Shown here: positions 48,700 to 61,279 of the stretch, piece after piece
Numbering within the stretch: position 1 is the first letter of the stretch
How the letters are laid out: each line of letters begins with the position of its first letter
From: Raillietiella orientalis
Taxonomy: Eukaryota
Assembly: GCA_036172245.1 (NCBI GenBank)
Contig: JAYWIR010000058.1
Coordinates: 62,001 to 126,000, forward strand
Reading direction: 5' to 3'
Length of the DNA: 64,000 nucleotides
Program-made: the position numbers and the translations under genes
The notes under the pieces: generated by a model
Told to the model about the DNA's origin: nothing
Database searches by the model: none
The model's input: the letters and a program-made list of their open reading frames with translations, nothing else

Positions 48700-49780
48700 C
48701 AACCACCACGAGATCCTGAAGGTCTACTGAGTGAATCTAACGAGGACAGGACTTCGTTGATGCAGGTCTAGCGTACGCGAGATTTCCAACAGAAGTTTAG
48801 GGCGCTCTCACTCGCTCCTTTGGAAACCCCTTCGGTTCTGTGATCATCACGAGTTCCTGGCATTGGAAGAGGGTCTCGTAACAGAGAGACGGTAAAAATG
48901 CTTTTCATACACCTTCTACTTGGGGACGATGCAATTAGGGTGTGCCAGAGTGAGCTACGCTAGGCAGAGAGAGAGCAGCCCAGATCGGGCCGATGACCTT
49001 AACACGTCCAGTTCTGTGGTCCAGAAGAAAATTTGCAATTAGTAAACAACCCTCCTGCTTTTTCGAGAATGTAGCCATAGGCAGCTTGGATAGAATTTGA
49101 GAAATTAGGGACCTTTTTCGATTTTCCAAGAAGCAAAGAAGTTTCATCAAGAATAACCGCGTGTTCTGGAACTGAAGCACGTTGATCAAGAGGTATCCCA
49201 TGAAGAAAACTCTTTTCGAGATTTGATCCTTCCGTCGAGGTTTCGCAAACATCCCAACCAGAGTTGCAAGAGAAAGGCACTCTCATCAAAAAGACCAAGA
49301 GGATTCCAGTTTTTTCAGTATGTCTTCCTCGAAAGAAGGTAGCGGAGGAAGCGCGCAAAATTGTATGCGACATAATGCACTAGCACATTCGCTCTCTTCA
49401 ACCCTTTTCCCTCATGGCTTTCAAATGAATAGTTGACAAATTTTCTGGTGATGGAATGGCCACCAGCCTCGTTGTGAGCTATGTGACTACAGGGCCATAC
49501 CTAGCTCATGTAGACGTGCTCTCAGCAGGGCAATCTTGGGTTAGACAAAAATCAAAACAAATCCGTAGCATCCTTGGAATGCACTTGCATTCCGCAAATG
49601 ACTCTTGGGACCATTTCCCAGTTTTTGTCTCTTGCAAGATTACTGAAGAACAAGGACACTTAGGTTCATGGACCCAACAACTGCTGCTTTAGGGAGTTCC
49701 ATTTGGAAATTCTGAATTTCCAGCCTGGAGCATTAAGAGACACCAGCAGTTCTTTTGTGTTCCACATGATGTTAAGTTCT
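48700..49780 (+). mobile_element. Decayed gypsy integrase relic
   Basis: LILPSRFRK; IKKTKR; YLAHVDVLS; DHFPVFVS (compare DNGPQFVS). Confidence 0.5.
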
Positions 49781-50972
49781 GTAGATGGATTTTTACAAGC
49801 TGATTCCTTTAAAAAAGCAAAAGCCGCATCTCTAGGAGCTTAACTTGAAGTACCTCGTTCATATTATTTGTGGAATCACATAATGAGTAATGAAAGGTTA
49901 GTAACTTAGAGGAAATTTGGAATATTAGTTTATGGGACTTCATTTGTATCCAAATGAAATGCTTAAACTAACTGAAAAAAAGTCATCATTGTATATTATA
50001 TGTATACATCGGTATAGATTACAGCACTTGAGTAAATCTGTTCATATTATATCTGACACTTTATATAATGTTTACATTTTTGGACTCCATTGTTGAGTTC
50101 TGATACGTTTTGCTTTTTTAATACTGTTAAGAAATGTGCAACCTATAAGTGTCAGCAAAAATGCACTTCATAAGTATTATTGAAAGGAAAATGAAGCAGG
50201 AAGAACTGTGGCAGTCCCTCCTTAGTATGAAAAATAGGGCATTACTGAATTGAAGCACATGTGCAAATGTCTCTTGGCATTCCAGAACATTAAGAGATAT
50301 TTCAGCCTGTGTTGGACAACCTTATGAAATCCTGGGAAGCTGACAATCTGTGGGGCATAACTCTGAACTGGAAATTCGAAACTTGTGCCCCTGCTGGAAT
50401 TGCACTCCTGTTTTGTTGCAATAGAGTTGATTTTGCCCTTCCTGGCAAATTCCTCAGTAAGTTCTAAGAAATTACAAATAACCTCTTACAACAATCTTTA
50501 TGCAGTAAAGCCTAGATGCAATATAACATCCAGTATCATTTATCAAAAATTATTGCATATGTGGAAGCATCCTTGAAAACACAAGGAATTTAGATCCCTA
50601 ACTTGAACTTCGATATAACTGTACCCTCTCTTTGTAAGGATAACCTATTTACATATGAGATTACAAACTATGATTGCAAAATGAATGATACATTATAATG
50701 TGAGACAAGACATCATCACTAGATTCTTGAACATCTGTTCTACACTGAACAATGTAAAAAATCTTGAATACCATGACAAATCACAACTCTTCCTTCAGCC
50801 ATCAAGATGTAGATGGGAAGTAATACATGAAGTTAGTGAAAAATTAATCTAATAAAAATGTGTCCTTGTAGCATACTGTAACAGTATAGTGATAGCACCC
50901 CATTTCCGAGATATCAGACAACTCCAATTACTGTGAAAAGTTTTTGAACAGATCCACCACTACATGTAAAAG

Positions 50973-52852
50973 TTATCGTTTCTTCCATGTAAACTTGCGC
51001 CGTGCTCCCTCCTGGCCAGGTTTTTTTCTTTCCTTAATTCGCCTTTCCCATGTAAGCAATCCAGCTACATGATGACACAATTGAGAAAAGATATAATCGT
51101 ATGCTGACCTCGCCTCATTCGTTCCACCATAGCATCATCAACAAAAGATCTTAAACACAATGACAGAGCATAACGAATAGCTCCACTTTGAGCAGAAAGT
51201 CCACTTCCCACCACAGATGCTTCAAAGTCTACTTTACCTAATAATCCTGTAAATTGTAAAGGGAAAAAGATCTAAACAAGAGAATAAAAAAATTAACATT
51301 TATTTTACACATTTGTAACATTTATTTTACCTGTTCCCTATACTGGAATCCTTGAAAGTATGAAATATCTTTGCCATTAATCAGTACTCTGCCAGAACCA
51401 TCACCCCAAACAGTAACTTTAGCTCTGGCTCTTTTTCTAGTACCTTATATTTCATCAATTATTTGAAGGACAGCTGATAAGGATTTACCTTCTTGGGTGA
51501 TGAATGGTTTTCCTGTCCTGCTGCATTGTAACAACTAAAGCATGGATGAAATCTATCTAGACAGCAGATTACTGACCTGAGGTAGAGTTTTGAATTCTGT
51601 TTGGACGGCTAATTTTTTCCGGTATTTCATGATGAAGTCTTTTGCCATAAAAGCTAATGGATGTGATACTAACCGTTCAAAACTCTCAATAAAATTGTCA
51701 TACTATCTATAAGTCGAGTATACAGTTTTCCTCCTTTGCTTACCATGCTATCTCTTATAGTTTCCAAAATTTGGGATTGCAATTCCATTTTAGTAATCCA
51801 AACACTTTCACTCAGGTGTCTGAAACATAATGACATCTGCAAACAAAGTATATTATCAGAATACTAACATAGATTCACTCTTAGGAAGCATCTGGCCTTG
51901 CGATCTCACTTTATCTTCTACTGTATTCAATTCTTTCAGTTTAGCAGTAATGTTCTTCATAGTGGAAAATCAAAAAATAAACATTCAATACTTTTCTCTG
52001 AAAATCAGTGCTTACTCACAAAAAGAATATCAAAAAATCGGGGTTTCATAGTATAAAAGAGAAAGTGGTGGGGCCTTCCTTCTGCATCAAACTCAGCTTC
52101 TTTCTTCTTAGGGTAAATTTCTGCAGGGGGTTTCATCATTGGACGGGCTCTTGGATCATAGATACCAGAAGGAAATAAATATCTTATTGCTGTCTAAAAA
52201 GTTCAATAATAGTTCTGAATCTTTCAACAGAATACAAATTTGATTACATCAATATCTTTTTGAGTGAATGTTTCAGGATCCTCTCCCATCATATTGGCCA
52301 AATGTCTCCTCCCAAATTCAAATTCCTTTTCCTCACTTTGTAGAAATTTTTCTGGAAAGAAATGCTTAACTCAAATCTTATCAATTCTTCTAATTTGGGA
52401 AATGAAAACACTCATTCAGAACAGATTAGAGAAAACAGAAGGAAACAAAAACTTCCATAGAAACAGAAGCTATATTCACAAAACAGACATGGTTTACCAC
52501 ATTACTCTCAATCTTCAATAAAAATTATGAACGCTAAATGCAGAAAAATTACCATATTTTTCTGCTCTGTCTAGATATGCTCTTACTGCTTTGCTCATTT
52601 TATGAGCAGTAGCATTCTGAGTTTCTACTTTCTCCAAGGATGAAACAGACATCTTTGCATTGGCATCTACAGTGCTTGAACTTTCAAATGATGCAAACAA
52701 TTTGATGCTCTTCCATGTCCACAGTAATGTATTTGCTTTCAAAATGCTCAATTTTGAGTAATTTAAACATAGCCCCTTCTTCAGTTGCTTAAACTCATTA
52801 GTTACATGATATCTACTTGTATTTTGCAACTCAGCAAACTTACCACTGCCAT
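50973..52852 (-). CDS. mRpS9: Mitochondrial 28S ribosomal protein S9 (uS9m), complete, about 407 aa, 11 exons
   Basis: Exons 52852-52844, 52787-52553, 52351-52248, 52193-52020, 51954-51869, 51819-51744, 51702-51577, 51534-51489, 51443-51331, 51271-51109, 51064-50973 total 1224 nt and are in frame. Motifs: [48 protein letters not shown]-terminus [19 protein letters not shown]. The 9-nt first exon is the least certain. Confidence 0.96.
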
Positions 52853-53559
52853 GCTTAATAAACTGGATTACGATTATCTTGTTATATAATCAATAAAAAC
52901 ATGAGCGTGGCTCAACAAAACTAACACCTGAAACTGATTCCAAATAAAAAAATGTAATGAAGCTTGGCTTCTGGTGAATTAAAGAAACAATAATGGATTC
53001 AGAATTTGTGGTAGCATTACTTAAAAAGCCACTGCTAAATACGAATACATGCTTCATTTTATAAACCATTTTAACCCATTTAAATGGTTAACCATTTTAA
53101 TCTTTCAACAGCTATGATAAACATTATTACTAGATCACATACTCTGTGAACACCGCTTTCAGAGTTTTCACAGTCGAAGATAAACATCTATTTTTTTTTT
53201 TATTACTGATTTCATTTTGTGTATCAGAAACATGCTTCATTTTATAACCGTTGAAATGATTGTGCTTTTAATCTCCTATCCAAGCATCAACATACAATAG
53301 CTACCATACATTCAGACATCAATCTCCACAATTTCTTTTAACTATCAGCTAATAACTTAATCGATTTCTCATTTCAAAGCTTCCCTTTTCATATTTCAAC
53401 AGCACTCTATAAATTCAATCTTGGCATAAACGTGAAATACATTTTATGTTCCACGTATTATTGATGGAAACTAAAAAGAATCAATTACGTTGATAACATT
53501 CCATAATTAAATGTAGTGTGTTTGCTTGTGTTACAAACCACAAGCGAATGATGAGATGT

Positions 53560-54500
53560 TGCTAACTGTCCATTTGGCTTAATGGTAAGCTGCCACATTA
53601 GAAATACCAGTTTCTCCTATTCCTCTAAAATCGAAAATTTTGCAGGAGACCAACCTACTGCAGTAGGTTTTCAAAGTAGTCAACGCAAACGTTTGTAGAT
53701 GGCGACAGAACATTATGCGAAAATGCATCAATACGTTATCGAAACACTCGTCGCCGGACGAGGAAGCCTGCAAATTGCTTAGATAGTTTGAAAATTTTCT
53801 GAACATAGGAAAGACAAACAAGTTGAGATTGATTATCCAGTTGTTATGGAAATTTCATCCAGGTTGCAATACATTTTTACGCTGATGGATTCTTTCATTT
53901 CTATTCAGCAACAAGAGTTTTTGAAAAGATGAATCATGTTTCTCTGTAACTCAAGGACCCGTGAAAAATGTGTCCTCCAGACTGGAAGGAACAAAACTAA
54001 AGGAACTAGAAAATGATAAAGAAAGTTAACTTTCGTACTTTTATTCCTACAGTGAAAAGTCTTGCCATGATGTGTTGCAAGCCTTAGAAGAGAAACTTGG
54101 AGAGTACCTGAGACAACTTTGCAGAATATGCACCAAAATAGTAAGCAGTAGATTCACTCAAGGGAATAAAACCTACAGAGTGACGAGAACAAACTTGGGA
54201 AAGAGGTAGCGGACCTTCTAGCATACAAATGCCAAAGTACGAACGCACAATAAGATCTTGTTTGTTTCCTTTGTCATTCACGTAATTGTTTCTTTACATA
54301 AACTGCCCCACAGCTAGTCTGATTGGGAGAACTCAATCAGTAGTTTGCTTGAATATTTTGAAATCCTTATTTCAAAATGAATTTTCGTTAATGCAGTGAT
54401 TTTCCATTAAACTAATTACCACACAATCTGACTTCGACGAATGCTTCTGTTTACATATCGGTCAGCAAACTTGTTGGAAATAATAATGGTTTTCTCTCTC
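53560..54500 (+). mobile_element. Possible decayed hAT transposase relic
   Basis: LVAGRGSL...RLQYIFTLMDSFISIQQ resembles RWLSRG...LAYL.DIF..LN. Confidence 0.3.
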
Positions 54501-56553
54501 AGATATACTATGAAAACATTATAGAAAAGAAGACCGCGACAAATAACAGAGAAACGCAGAATCATAGCCCGCACTCCTGCATTAATAATCTTTCTTTATT
54601 GAAGATATTGTTTCGTTATTTCAGTTATCTTGAAATCAATTATTCTAAACTTTCTCTGTTTAAAGCACTTTCTCTATCCTTATTTTCTAGATCCTGTAGT
54701 TCCCAAAGTAACAGGGGAATCCAGAACTTATTTTTGAAGCCTGAAAGCCCTGATTCAGTGTATCCATGTAATGAACAGCAGTTTTATCCCCGAGTGACAT
54801 AAAAACGTTCAAGGTTGCACTTTATCATAATTGAAACTAATTCAAAAAATGAGAATCTTAAAATCATCTTTTATTATCTCCAAAAAAAGAGAGGGAGAGA
54901 GAGATTGTTCGTCTACTGCATTCATTGGAAAAAGCATCTGGATGAATGTTTTCAATTTTTTGCTTCCACTAATTATTACAAGAAAACATCGGGAATACCT
55001 TCTGTGTTTACAATCCCTATACGGAAAATTTTTTCAAGTCTGAATATTTAAAACCAGAAAAGAACAGTTTCCCTCGTTTGTTAGAAAATACCTTTAGAGA
55101 TGCAGTGCCGGTGTAATGGGATTTAAGATCATTTATGTGGCAAATAAGGGAAATTTTCAAGTGGATACTCACTGCTTTCAAGCCTGACTGTAACCCCTGC
55201 ACGCAGGAACTGAACATTGAGAATACTTGCGAATCCACAAGACGTGATTTCTTAGTGAGCAAATCATGTTAGATGCAAAGCACTTGTCCATTTTATCTCT
55301 GAAGAAACCTACATTGCCATCGGACATGATGATGCATCAGGAAGGATCTCCAGATGTTCTTCTAAACGGATAGTCCCTGGGGATCAAGGTAGCATTTTCA
55401 TCCAGGATCAGAAATCTGCATCCCCTTCCCCTGTAGGCGCCCCTCAATCAGCCAACTCACCTTCCATAGAAGCACAGCACCCAACTCACCAATCCAGAAC
55501 ATCTAGCAGTTCCAAGCCAAACCAGAAATATTCAGGAACATTAAAAAGTGTTCCAGAGAGCATCTTTAATCGGAACATTCTATGAAGGTATCCGTAGCAC
55601 TTCATCAAATGTTCCCCCTTAACCCCTCTTCCTTTTTTCCCGGATTCGCTTTCCTTCCAGAAAGTGGAATTTCCTTTCTAATCCCCGATTGGAGCTGAGG
55701 AAGAGCATATTTTCAATGTGATAGCAAACAGGTGGCTGGCTGTGGGAATCTTCGAGGAATGCCGTTGCATTTGGTCTACTCTGCTGCCCCCGAAACGTCC
55801 TTCTTCTCCCTGCAGGAGTCGACCCGTTTTTGCAGTCTGCTCAGGACTTTGAAAATCATCTCTGGTAAACTCCCTTGATTCCTGGATGCAGGATGGTGGG
55901 AAAACGCACGTTCGAACGAGAATTCTGTATTTTCTTAAGGCAGGAGGAGCAGGGATGGTCAGAAGGTGAGGAGCAGCTGTTGAGGCTTGGAGAGATGTGA
56001 CGCGCAGGGCATTACCTCAGACTTGAACTTGGAAGGGCTTTGATATGAAGCAGAATGCAACAGCACAGCAGGCAGAAGATGATGATGCCCAGGGGATATT
56101 CCATGATTTCTCTGGAGGTCGAGGACTCATCCGTGAAGCGAAGTGGGTACCGTTCGTTCCATCTCGTGTCCTGCGAGGGGAACGCAGCCTCCTGCGGAAC
56201 GATCTCGCAAGATCGAAGATGGTACATTCCGTAGGCTCGTGCAGAACGACAGCGTATCCACTTTTCCAGGAACTCAAGGAGTGAGCCACCGAGAGCAAGG
56301 TACCATGGATCCAGCATTCCCGTGGAAGGAGGAGAGGGTCATACGTGACCACTCTCGAATGCGGCCTCTTCCCGTGCGCGTGTTGCTGCTTCCTGGCAGG
56401 GAAGGAAAGCTAGCGGCAAAGAAAAGAAAACTTCTTTTTGAACGTGAAGGTCAGCCGGGTCGGAGGCTAGCCAGCGATGATGCCGCTGCCGACACTTGGA
56501 ACTTCCACATACTGACGAGAGATCAGCTTTCCGGGAATCGCCGAACAGTCGTC

Positions 56554-56815
56554 TCCAAGGCCGTCCCGGAAGGAGACTTGCAGGAGCGCATCGGCATCCA
56601 AAGGTCATGAGCGGACTCCAACTCCCCCTCTGCGCCCTTCGGGAGGAGGTGATTATGGGACCAGCGGCGGTGAGACTGCCGGGTGCGCCCACTCAGGGGC
56701 GGCACCCACGCTGGTACTCTCGAGCGCTGTGGGCAGGCAGCGCTCGAGGGCACCCCCTTTTTGTACCCAGAATGCCGGTGCGCTCCTGCAGGTCTCCTTC
56801 CGGAACGGCCTTGGA
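56554..56815. mobile_element. MITE-like element with 44-bp inverted repeats
   Basis: 56554-56597 matches the reverse complement of 56772-56815 at 41/44 positions. Confidence 0.65.
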
Positions 56816-57921
56816 ATGCCGCTAGGGATCTGCATCCCGCGTAAGAGGAATACGAGGAAGGCACGCGTTCCGAGGGTCGCATCGTGGGCAGCGTTGGTGA
56901 ACTGTAGCCAAGACGCGAGGTCGAGTCTGTGGCCCCTCGCAGCCCCCTGGACCAGAATCACGTCCTCTTTCCATTCCGCTAACATCCGACTGAGCCTCCA
57001 TTCCTTATTGCCAGGAGAAAGACCCCCTTTCTTCTCTCTCCTCTCAGGGTGTCCAGTCCAGCTGCAGAGCAATGGAAGACAGACCGAGGCGAGAGTTGGC
57101 TATGAGAATGGTACTGCCCCCGGAACTGGAGCGTCCACGCGGGGCCTTCCGCCCGCTCCAGGGGCAGGTCTAGAGACTCCACAGAGGAGAACCAGTGCCA
57201 CGGAAAGCGTCCATGGCATCCCTCCGCGCCGAAAAGGGGCAGACTTTGCGGACCTCGGGCGTCTCGCCGGACTCGCTCCTTCTGCCAGGAAAGGAACGGA
57301 AGGGAGTCCTCCGGGGGGCGCCTGCCATCCCCCTTTTCCTAGCGCATTTCTCCTACCGCTGACAGGATGAATCCCTCTTCCTGAGCGGAAATGTAGAAGG
57401 GGATACGCCCATCCCTCACTTTTCCTTTGGAACGAAGCTCTGAAGGAGGGGAGCACTGAGGGTTCGGGTCCTATCAGCACCCCCTTGCTGGTCTCCACCC
57501 CAAAGTGGCTGCCATCTAAGGAAGAATCCGGGACCGAGATGATCTTTAGGGATGGATGGGAGAAGGAAGACCCTCCCTTCCCTGTCCAGGAGAAGAGAGA
57601 GGGGTTGCCTCCTCTCGCACCCTCGAGGGACCTGCTCTGGTCTAAGCAAGCTCTAATGGTACCGACGGCGACACAGATGCTGCATCTACGACACGGAGCA
57701 CCACCTCCCAGGGAGTGCAAGGCGAAGCTGTGCCTCCCGAGTCCAGAGGGGGACTCTTCCTTTCCCTTCCAGAAGGCCTCACGTCGTCTCTTTACTGCCC
57801 CTGGGGAAGGGGCGGTCCCGGAAGAGCCGAGAGTCCATCTGCGGGCACCGAGGATTCCTCTCGGGGAGGAAGGGGCATGGGGAAGAAGGGGCCGACGGGG
57901 GCGCTCGCCGGCGTCACTCGG

Positions 57922-59638
57922 CTAGTACTGGAGTGGGAGGGACGACTCCTTCTTCGTGAACGTGACGATGGACCGCAACCCTTTCACTGATGTCTGGAAG
58001 AGAGAAAGCACCGCGTGAGTCTCCAATAGGTTGCCTAGGGGAGTGGGAAGCAGCGGCCTAAAGCGGAAGGAAAGTCTCGCCAACCCCTCGTCCCCTTCCC
58101 GGGACCGGGGCGCCTTGCTCTTCCTCCAAGCTGATGAAGAAAGGAGGGTTACTGGACAGTGGGAGACGGGTGAGTCTGTGGGGAGGAAGAGTTGCCTCCT
58201 TCAGGACAGAGGAGGAGCAGCCAAGAAAGGCAACGAGGAGGAGGAGGAGGAGAAGGGGAGAGAATCAGGCGAGGAATCGGAAGAGAAGGAGGAGGATTTG
58301 GAGCTGCAACAGCTCACGAGGTCATGAAAAGGCAGCTCGAGGAGGAGGAGAAGCACCGCTCTTCGCCAAGAGGCGTTCACGCTCCTCCGAGCACTTCATG
58401 CATCCTCGCAGGGAGCGTGATTGGTCCTGGAAGGTCACCATATCGAACTGCCTGTGGAAAGCATCGGGAGGGAACTCTCTGTTCGCTCCTGCTGTGGACC
58501 GTTTGAACGGGCCCTCCGGTCGCTGCGGCAGGGGCGAGGGGCGCGTCCTCACGAAAGCGCTCAGGGACGGAGCAAAGGGGCGGGGTGGAGGGTAGGATTA
58601 AGAATGTCATAGGGGATGGAGGGGTGCAGGAATCAAGGGACCTCCAAGGTGCACTCACCTTCTTCTTGCTGCCGCCCAGGATCTCTTTGTACATGTCCGA
58701 GCGTAGGAAGCGGGGATAGCTGTCGCTCTTCATTAGGTGGTACAAGTGGGCCTGCGGGCACACGAGGCATGGTCCAACTCCGAGAGTATGCGCCCCTCCC
58801 CTCCACCACCACCCCCTTTACCGCCGCGATGTCGAACGTCCACCGATCTGGCTGCTCCATGTTCTTCTTGGTCGCCTCAAGGGACTTCGAGTCGATGTTG
58901 ATCGGATACGTCGCGTCGTTGCTTAGGAACTCCTGCCATATGCTTTGCGCCTTCTCATTGACGTCCTTCAGGCGGAGCGCCTTGAGCTCCTGCACTGCCT
59001 CCCAGAACCTGCAGCGGCGGAGGCAGGGGTTGCTCCCTGGAGAAAGGACGGGCCCTCCTCACCTCAGGTTCTCGCAGCTGAACTCCTTGTCCAGGAACTT
59101 AATGAAGCACTCTTTGCCCACCGGGTCCTTTAGCAGCTCGTGGAGGCCGAACGCCCACTTCCGCACCCTCTTGCAGGAGATGTCCTTGCTGCGGGGAGGT
59201 GGCGCTCGCGTGCTCGCCCCGCCTCCTCGGACCCGCCCCGCCTACCCTTGTCCCTTCTCCTGCTCCCAGAACTCGGGGTTGTCGGAGATCCAGGGGTTCG
59301 AGGGCTCCGGACTCGCGATGAAGGGGTCGTACTCCGCGTACAGCTCGAAGTAGTTGAGGTACCTAAGAGAGGAGGCAGTGCGGCGGTCTCCCGCTCAGCG
59401 GCGCGGCAGTAGGTACGTACGATTCCAAGACCTTCGACACCTTCATGCTGCCTCGGTCCAGGCAGGAGCGAGTGAAGTCCCTCTCTTGCTTCAGGGAGCT
59501 CTTGTCAGGCGCATCCTTCTCGGCGGCCGATGAGGAGCAGGAGGAGGAGGACGATGAGGAGCAGGAGGCAGGGCTGAACCACCTGTCCATGCGGCCGACC
59601 TTCCGTATGTCGATCTCGGTAGTGTTGACGCATCCAGG
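57922..59638 (-). CDS. R7-family regulator of G-protein signalling (RGS6/7/9/11, EGL-10/EAT-16-like), 3' portion with GGL and RGS domains; DEP/DHEX exons not found in the window
   Basis: Exons 59638-59421, 59362-59246, 59188-59063, 59008-58822, 58751-58659, 57993-57922. Motifs: PGCVNTTEIDIRK; YDPFIASPEPSNPWISD (GGL); [46 protein letters not shown]; last exon TSVKGLRSIVTF...*. Confidence 0.93.
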
Positions 59639-59799
59639 CTGGCAAGGACACTGTCACGTGAACGGGGACAGCAAAAGGGAAGATGAGAAAGGGGGAAGGA
59701 GGCTGCCCTCGCAACCCTGGGCGCAGCTCCACCGCCTCGTATTCACGACGAGCTTGCAGTGACCCGGGCGGAAGAGGACTGGACGCCTCTGAGTTCGGT

Positions 59800-60900
59800 C
59801 ACTGCGCCTGTGGACGCGGCGAAGTTCCTGGTTAGGCCGAGAGACGGCTCCGCGCGTTTCCGAAGCAGGGTATCAGGAGCGCTGCAGTCGGCCGCTCCAG
59901 ACAGGGAGCGAGCAGGCGTCCTGTACTCCCTTCCAAAGAAACGGGGTAGAGGGGAGACCGCGAGAATGTCCCGCGATGTGGCAGATCTTGCATGTCGATG
60001 GGCACGGTGGGGGAAGGAAGATTCGACAACAAGAAACGGGTGGTGGCTTCGAGGGAAGAAGCCGCGGTTCTATCGTCATAGCACGAGGCATTTCGTCGCG
60101 ATCCAGACATCCATCCATCTTCCGTGAAGAAGGTGAAGGGAGAAGGAGAGAGGCAGGGGACCAACAGGAACAGTCTAGGGTCCAAGTTCAGGACAGAGGC
60201 AGCAGGCGCACACGTTACCCATGCGCAAGTGAGCGGCCACCACCTAGACAAAACTCTTTACTCACCCCCAGCAGTCGCTTCGAGCGCTCACAATCCGAGC
60301 CTGCCCAGAGGCTACCCATTCGGATGCCTATCAGAATCGGCCAGGCGTCCAGTCTCTCGACCACGCACATCTGAGTAACCGTGAAGCTGTATCCACGGAC
60401 TCGAACGGTCTGCCCACACGGCCATTAACAGTGACTCATGAAACGGGTTACCACAGTTGCGCTGAAGGAGAGCGAGTCCTTCCTTGTCCATCCTCCGCGT
60501 GAGACCATCCCGCAGCGCGCCATACTGTTCGACGGTACTCGCTGCTGCCCGACCCCTCTCCGAAGAAGCACGGATTCGTATCGGCATTGCGCGGATGCTC
60601 CATAAAAAATTCTCGACGGCACCTCTAAGGAACGTTGAAGGCACCTTCTTCGCGTCATCCTTTTTTTTGTTGGGTTCTGAGAAGGGATTTTTTCTCTATT
60701 TGTGGGTTTATCTCTTGCATGGGCTACAGATGCCAGCACAGCGAAGAACCGTTAGTAAGTGACGACAGCAGCGTACGTGACGTGTCCCTCGCAATCGATT
60801 CGAAGGAGGACACTCCAGGGTACTTTTTTTCATCATCCAGGTAGCCCTCTTGCTCGGAGTCAGGTGCGGGTAGCACAAAGAGCACACTGAGAACGTCCGT
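59800..60900 (-). mobile_element. Decayed gypsy RT relic
   Basis: PSTFLR...ASTVEQY...RRMDKEGLALLQRNC. Confidence 0.4.
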
Positions 60901-61279
60901 AGAGTGGAGGATTTTGTTCTCCCTGCGGACTTTCGGATCTTTCCCAGCTACCCGAATATTCCTGACCTCATTGTTCAGCGAGAGGAAAAACGGGAGGTTC
61001 CGATAGAAGGGTCACGACGTCTCTTTCCTTACAATCCCTCTTAGCTGTTTGCCCTCCTCCGAACCCTGACCTGCTCCGTGCCACTCGATGGCTACCTGGC
61101 ACTCACTGGGTTTCTCGCGTGCACTCACGCATGCGCGTCAAGGGTGATGAGGGTGATGAGGTTGCAAAAGTCGTCGTACCTTCCACCTCCACACCTCCGC
61201 ATCAAGAACCTTCTTGGAAGTCTCTGACTTCCTTGAATCCAGCGCCTCCAGCTCTCAGCTCCTACGCATAGACCAACAA

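Noticed and set aside
43250..49780. Endogenous RNA-virus element or recoded (stop-readthrough) gene
   Set aside because: The fragments fit LTR-retrotransposon pol motif order, and the stops are of all three types with frameshifts.
55300..56500. Possible gypsy RNase H/integrase relic
   Set aside because: Motifs are too degraded to support a feature.
58616..59353. 245-aa plus-strand ORF
   Set aside because: Antisense shadow of the GC-rich RGS exons.
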